The translations under genes were made by a program, and so were the position numbers. Source: Candidatus Roizmanbacteria bacterium RIFCSPLOWO2_01_FULL_37_12 (lineage in GTDB: Bacteria; Patescibacteriota; Microgenomatia; UBA1406; GWC2-37-13). From it: DNA of 64,000 nt. This document shows, piece after piece, positions 60,169-64,000 of this stretch. The stretch covers positions 7,843 to 71,842 of the forward strand of contig MGAG01000003.1 in assembly GCA_001789645.1 (NCBI GenBank), written 5' to 3'. Positions within the stretch are counted from its first letter, which is position 1. Each line of letters begins with the position of its first letter. The notes beneath the pieces were generated by a model. It was not told where the DNA came from and searched no databases. It was given only the letters and a program-made list of their open reading frames with translations.

Positions 60169-61890
60169 TCAATTTTTTTTATATATCATTACTTTCGGAT
60201 GATCATAAACTGTAAAGCTCTCATCAGCCCAATCATCTGGGAAAGAAATTCGAAATTCGAAATTCGAAATTCGAAAATTCAACGCTGGGTAGGATGTAAA
60301 CTCTGCAATTTTCTTAAACTTAGTCCTTCCGGCAAATATATCTTCGTAGAACTTGCTCATTCTTGGATACATCTGAGGAACAGTGGAAATACTTCCCCAT
60401 CCTCTATTGGAAGAAAGAATATAGTAATCTGCTTGTGCCATAACTTCATTCATTTGCGTCCACTTTTCTTCGTTATCAGGACCGAATATGGGTAGTTCGA
60501 GTGTTGTGAACTGTTTACCGTAATTATTATTAACAGGTAAGGGTAATCCGTCATCCCAATGTTCATTTGCAATTACTGATCCATTTTTAAAATTTTTATA
60601 GATCCATTCGGAAGCCTCAACGCGAGAATGTTTATTATGGTAAATTGAAGTAAACATAATTGGCCAAACCAATAAAACAGTTGTCAGCAAACTGTATTCA
60701 GTAATCAGTAATAAATTAGTATTTAATTTAATTTTTTTGTTAAAACCTGATAACTGATCATTGATAACCGACATGCCAATACCTGCAATTATGGCTAAAA
60801 AAGGATATAAAATTATAAAATATCTGTTAGTTGGATTTGCTTGCAAACTTTGGTAAGCGAAAAAAAGCAAAACCCAAAATAATATTATTATCACGATAAT
60901 ATAATGGTTTATGGATTTATTCTTGAATAACACTGAAGTCGTTCCCGTTAGAATGAAAATAGATATTGGCAACCCTAATCCTAATACGGAGTTATTTACT
61001 AGACTGTGTATTACTGTATTTTTATTCATCCACTGTATATTCGGTGGATAATAATTATCCGGGCTAATTAAAACTAGGTTTTTTAATTCTTTTAAACTGT
61101 TAACAAAGTTAATACTTAAACTTAAATTAAAAAAATCCATATTTTCAAACATGTAGGGATTTGCCAAACGAAGACTAACATATGCAATTAAAATATAAAT
61201 TGAAGTTAAAGGAAAGAGTTTAATTATACTCCTTTTTTTAATACTGAAAAACAAAATAAAAAAAACATTTAGAGGAAAAACATATAAAGCTGTTACTTTT
61301 GAAGCAATCGCTAAACCTAAAAAAATTGCGGACAGCGCGAGACTTACGCCTTGCATCTTACAACTTTTAGCTTTATAAAAACGCAAAGAAAAATAAAAAC
61401 TGGCAAGCATAAAGAAATTTAAAAAAGTGTCTACCGTAAAAAAATGCGCTAGTTGTATGGGAAGAACAGCAACTGCATAAAAAAAAGAACTCCATAAGGG
61501 AATGGTCGATTTTTTTTTATCAATTATTAATCTAGCTATTTTATAAACTAGAATTACTACCAGCAAATCCAGGAATGCCGATAGTTTTCTTCCCAGGATT
61601 GTAAAGTCATCATAATTATCTTTATTCAAATAGTTCACAAAATACTTATTTAAAGTTAAGGGAAACACACCATAAACAAAAAAATTGTTTCCTACATTAG
61701 CCGGATTTAACCGAGAAATCTTCGGGTCAACATACTCCAAAAAACTGTCGGGCAACTTCAGTGAGGTTCCAACCATGGTTAAGAATCGCTCATCCGGATG
61801 AAGATGATGGTTATCATCCCAATTTAGATTGTTAAATCTGAAGTAAAATGCAATAATTAGGATCGCTATTAATATAATTTTTTCTTTCAT
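60169..61890 (-). CDS. Large polytopic membrane protein, GT-C-like, with C-terminal soluble domain
   Basis: 573 aa. N-terminal HLHPDERFLTMV loop motif and more than 10 TM segments. It carries a perfect 4x GAAATTC repeat near its 3' end. Confidence 0.55.
   Translation of the reverse strand: MKEKIILIAILIIAFYFRFNNLNWDDNHHLHPDERFLTMVGTSLKLPDSFLEYVDPKISRLNPANVGNNFFVYGVFPLTLNKYFVNYLNKDNYDDFTILGRKLSAFLDLLVVILVYKIARLIIDKKKSTIPLWSSFFYAVAVLPIQLAHFFTVDTFLNFFMLASFYFSLRFYKAKSCKMQGVSLALSAIFLGLAIASKVTALYVFPLNVFFILFFSIKKRSIIKLFPLTSIYILIAYVSLRLANPYMFENMDFFNLSLSINFVNSLKELKNLVLISPDNYYPPNIQWMNKNTVIHSLVNNSVLGLGLPISIFILTGTTSVLFKNKSINHYIIVIIILFWVLLFFAYQSLQANPTNRYFIILYPFLAIIAGIGMSVINDQLSGFNKKIKLNTNLLLITEYSLLTTVLLVWPIMFTSIYHNKHSRVEASEWIYKNFKNGSVIANEHWDDGLPLPVNNNYGKQFTTLELPIFGPDNEEKWTQMNEVMAQADYYILSSNRGWGSISTVPQMYPRMSKFYEDIFAGRTKFKKIAEFTSYPALNFRISNFEFRISFPDDWADESFTVYDHPKVMIYKKN
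60245..60280. repeat. Perfect 4x GAAATTC tandem repeat plus an imperfect fifth unit, inside a GT-C-like gene
   Basis: GAAATTC at 60245, 60252, 60259 and 60266, then GAAAATTC. It encodes ..NFRISNFEFRISF.. about 30 codons from the stop. Confidence 0.9.
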
Positions 61891-61899
61891 CTCATAATT

Positions 61900-61934
61900 G
61901 GAACCCTCAGGGTTCCCGGAACCCTGAGGGTTCC
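61900..61934. repeat. Tandem GC-rich palindromes GGAACCCTCAGGGTTCC-C-GGAACCCTGAGGGTTCC
   Basis: Two 17-bp perfect palindromes that are also mutual complements at the centre. They lie in the 63-bp divergent intergenic region. Confidence 0.9.
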
Positions 61935-61953
61935 ATAAATTTGTAAATTTATT

Positions 61954-62706
61954 ATGAAAAAAACCAAAATACTTTCAATAATAATACCAGTTTATAATGA
62001 GGAAAAATACATTAAGGTTTTGCTTTCGAAGGTATATAAGGCTGATACGCTGGGTATGAAAAAGGACATAATAGTCGTTAATGATGGTTCAACCGATAAT
62101 TCAAAATTAAAAATTCAAAATTCAAAATTTCAACTCAAAAGTCAAAAGTCAAAAATAACATTGATTAATAAAACAAGAAACGAGGGGAAGGGAAAGGCTT
62201 TAAAAGAAGGTATTCTAAAATCGACTGGTGATATAGTCATTATCCAGGATGCAGATTTGGAATATGATCCGCTCAACTACCCAACTCTGCTGGAACCGTT
62301 TATCAAATATGATGCCGATGTAGTCTTTGGATCTCGATTTATCAGTCAACATCCGCACCGAGTACTCTACTTCTGGCATTTTATCGGCAATTTTTTCCTG
62401 ACGTCTTTATCTAATTTATTTACCAATCTAAATTTCACCGATATGGAAACAGGTTATAAAGTATTTAAGGGTGATTTAATTCGGAAAATAGCGCATAAAT
62501 TGGAAAGTAAACGCTTTGGTTTTGAGCCCGAAATAACAGCCAGAATAGCAAAAAATAAAGACTTAAAAATATATGAAGTGGGAATTTCGTATTTTGGCAG
62601 AACGTATAAAGAAGGAAAAAAAATCGGCTGGAAAGACGGGATTAGGGCCGTTTGGGAAATTATTAAGTATAATTTCCTCGAGTTAGAACAAACGAAAGAC
62701 CCTTAA
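61954..62706 (+). CDS. GT2 glycosyltransferase (DPM1-like, soluble)
   Basis: LSIIIPVYNEEKYI, VNDGSTDN and IQDADLEYDP. An insert of about 20 aa (SKLKIQNSKFQLKSQKSK) is encoded by heptamers. Confidence 0.85.
   Translation: MKKTKILSIIIPVYNEEKYIKVLLSKVYKADTLGMKKDIIVVNDGSTDNSKLKIQNSKFQLKSQKSKITLINKTRNEGKGKALKEGILKSTGDIVIIQDADLEYDPLNYPTLLEPFIKYDADVVFGSRFISQHPHRVLYFWHFIGNFFLTSLSNLFTNLNFTDMETGYKVFKGDLIRKIAHKLESKRFGFEPEITARIAKNKDLKIYEVGISYFGRTYKEGKKIGWKDGIRAVWEIIKYNFLELEQTKDP
62098..62153. repeat. About eight tandem heptamers (AATTCAA / AGTCAAA types) inside a GT2 gene
   Basis: AATTCAA AATTAAA AATTCAA AATTCAA AATTTCA ACTCAAA AGTCAAA AGTCAAA. Confidence 0.8.
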
Positions 62707-63580
62707 AAAAACCGCCAAGTATTTGGCGGCTTTGTTGGGAAAAATTCTTAGTAAGAATTTGGGACTTCTTCCCGTTTCCGTTCCTCCAAATTATATTGAG
62801 GAAATCCTTAGTAGTAAGAATTCCGACGGGATGTCTTTCCTCATCCACTATCACCACACTGCCAATTTTTTTATTAATAATTAACTCTAAAGCTTTCCTG
62901 GCATGGTCTTTGGGAGTTAACGTAAGAGTGTATGTTTTTGCAAAATTTTTTATTTTAAGATGAAAAAAACCCACGTGATTACCTTCACGTTGACCTCTAT
63001 TGATTGATTCGCGGGGTCTGACCAAATATGATATCAGGTCATAATAACTCAATACTCCTTTTAATTTGAGATCTTTATTTAAAATGATTAACTTCGATAA
63101 CTTTGTTTTTCTAAAGATCTCTATAGCTGAATTTACAGTATCGTCTTCATAGATCGTTACTAGAGGTTTAGTTTTGATTTGTAGAATTTCGCTGATTGGG
63201 ATATCGAACAAAGGTGAATCAAGATAATAGGATAAAAGATGTCTTGCCGATATTATACCCATAAATTTTTCGTTATCATTAAAAACAGGCAAATAATGTA
63301 TCTTTGATTCAATAAAAAGTTCGGCAACTTTTGGAATCAAATAGTTAATATGTAATTTGGGCGGATGGAATAGGCAGTGTCTCACTTTTGAATTACCGGG
63401 ATAAGACGATTTAATGAGCGAGTAATAGGGATTAACCACGCCCATAAATTCATTTTTTTCGTCAAAAACAAAAGTTGCATCATGCGACGTCCGCATCTGA
63501 GATACCGCCTGGGAAAGAGTTTCGTCTGGAGATGTCTTGATAATACGATCTGTCTTAATAATGTCTTTGAGTTGGAACAT
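62663..63580 (-). CDS. CBS-domain protein (two CBS pairs)
   Basis: Repeated ..hhGhh.........P.....D......A......... patterns, e.g. FMGVVN, FMGIISARHLL, LKGVLSYYDL, PVGILTTKDFL. Confidence 0.7.
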   Translation of the reverse strand: MFQLKDIIKTDRIIKTSPDETLSQAVSQMRTSHDATFVFDEKNEFMGVVNPYYSLIKSSYPGNSKVRHCLFHPPKLHINYLIPKVAELFIESKIHYLPVFNDNEKFMGIISARHLLSYYLDSPLFDIPISEILQIKTKPLVTIYEDDTVNSAIEIFRKTKLSKLIILNKDLKLKGVLSYYDLISYLVRPRESINRGQREGNHVGFFHLKIKNFAKTYTLTLTPKDHARKALELIINKKIGSVVIVDEERHPVGILTTKDFLNIIWRNGNGKKSQILTKNFSQQSRQILGGFFKGLSFVLTRGNYT

Positions 63581-63653
63581 AATAGACAGCTAACCTAATG
63601 CCGTATGAACATAGTACTCTGACAATCTTGAGTTGTCAAGAGGAAAATACAAG

Positions 63654-63739
63654 TGCCGCGAGTCGGATTCGAACCGACACGGTGTATTAACACCACGAGT
63701 TTTTGAGACTCGCTTGTCTACCAGTTCCAACATCGCGGC
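63654..63739 (-). tRNA. tRNA-Leu (anticodon CAA)
   Basis: Reverse complement folds with acceptor GCCGCGA/TCGCGGC, anticodon stem CGAGT/ACTCG with loop CTCAAAA, long variable arm, T arm GTCGG-TTCGAAT-CCGAC, discriminator A. Confidence 0.9.
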
Positions 63740-63749
63740 TTAGACTTAA

Positions 63750-64000
63750 TTATACCTTGCCTAACTCGATTTTTGATTTGTAAAAGAAGTATCCCACTAC
63801 TCCGAAAGTGGCAGCAGGCGAAAACCATTGAGGAATATGAAATCCGAAACTGTCCAAAACCATAATCAATCCAAGAAATAATATCGAATACATTGCCCCG
63901 TTTTTGATATATCTGTATTTCTTAATTTTATTGATATTTCCCACCGTAAGCTGTCTGAGAACCAAAGCCCCCAGACCATTCCCCAAAAGAATTAAAGGAA
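63750..64000 (-). CDS. Integral membrane protein, C-terminal part (gene continues past window end; TerC/DUF475-like?)
   Basis: The frame stays open to nt 64000. Hydrophobic C-terminal helices are present. The family call is tentative. Confidence 0.45.
   Translation of the reverse strand, partial: PLILLGNGLGALVLRQLTVGNINKIKKYRYIKNGAMYSILFLGLIMVLDSFGFHIPQWFSPAATFGVVGYFFYKSKIELGKV

Overview
AT-rich, very gene-dense bacterial chromosome segment with about 70 protein genes and 4 tRNAs. I see no rRNA, no CRISPR array and no obvious prophage. All functional calls come from reading motifs in the supplied translations and the DNA by eye; no database search or folding program was run.

Gene content is dominated by cell-envelope glycosylation:
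- nucleotide-sugar enzymes (rfbF, a CDP-glucose 4,6-dehydratase-like gene, gmd, a PseB/FnlA-like dehydratase, an RmlD-like reductase, a CDP-paratose-2-epimerase-like gene)
- six GT2 and one GT4 glycosyltransferases
- five large polytopic GT-C/DUF2079-type membrane proteins
- a Wzx-like flippase

There is also a peptidoglycan-related set (MurF-like ligase, DegT-like aminotransferase, FemX-like transferase, Lgt, GH18, an LCP-like protein) and some central metabolism (fused transketolase, archaeal-type PEP carboxylase, two class-I aminotransferases).

The repertoire and style fit a small-genome uncultivated lineage such as CPR/Patescibacteria. The pointers are few Shine-Dalgarno sequences, -10 boxes a few nt from start codons, and repeats inserted in frame in ORFs. 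This placement is inference only.

The strongest non-genic signals are:
1. A family of about 66-bp double-hairpin elements (GTCATCC.GAA...TTC.GGATC / GATGCTGAA...TTCAGCATGAC). One copy has a small GIY-YIG nuclease gene exactly between its two hairpins. Two miniature copies sit in frame inside membrane-protein genes.
2. A nested-palindrome family (CCATTCGA..CTCAGG..CCTGAG..TCGAATGG), with one copy in frame inside transketolase.
3. Blocks of about four tandem heptanucleotides, found both between genes and inside at least six ORFs, mostly glycosyltransferases.
4. A 21-bp perfect direct repeat next to tRNA-Gly that brackets a lipoprotein protease gene plus a GC-rich structured segment.
5. A 0.9-kb ORF-free region with a roughly 78-bp tandem repeat and iteron-like GGCTAAA sites.
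6. An operon containing a dehydroquinate-synthase-like sugar-phosphate cyclase.
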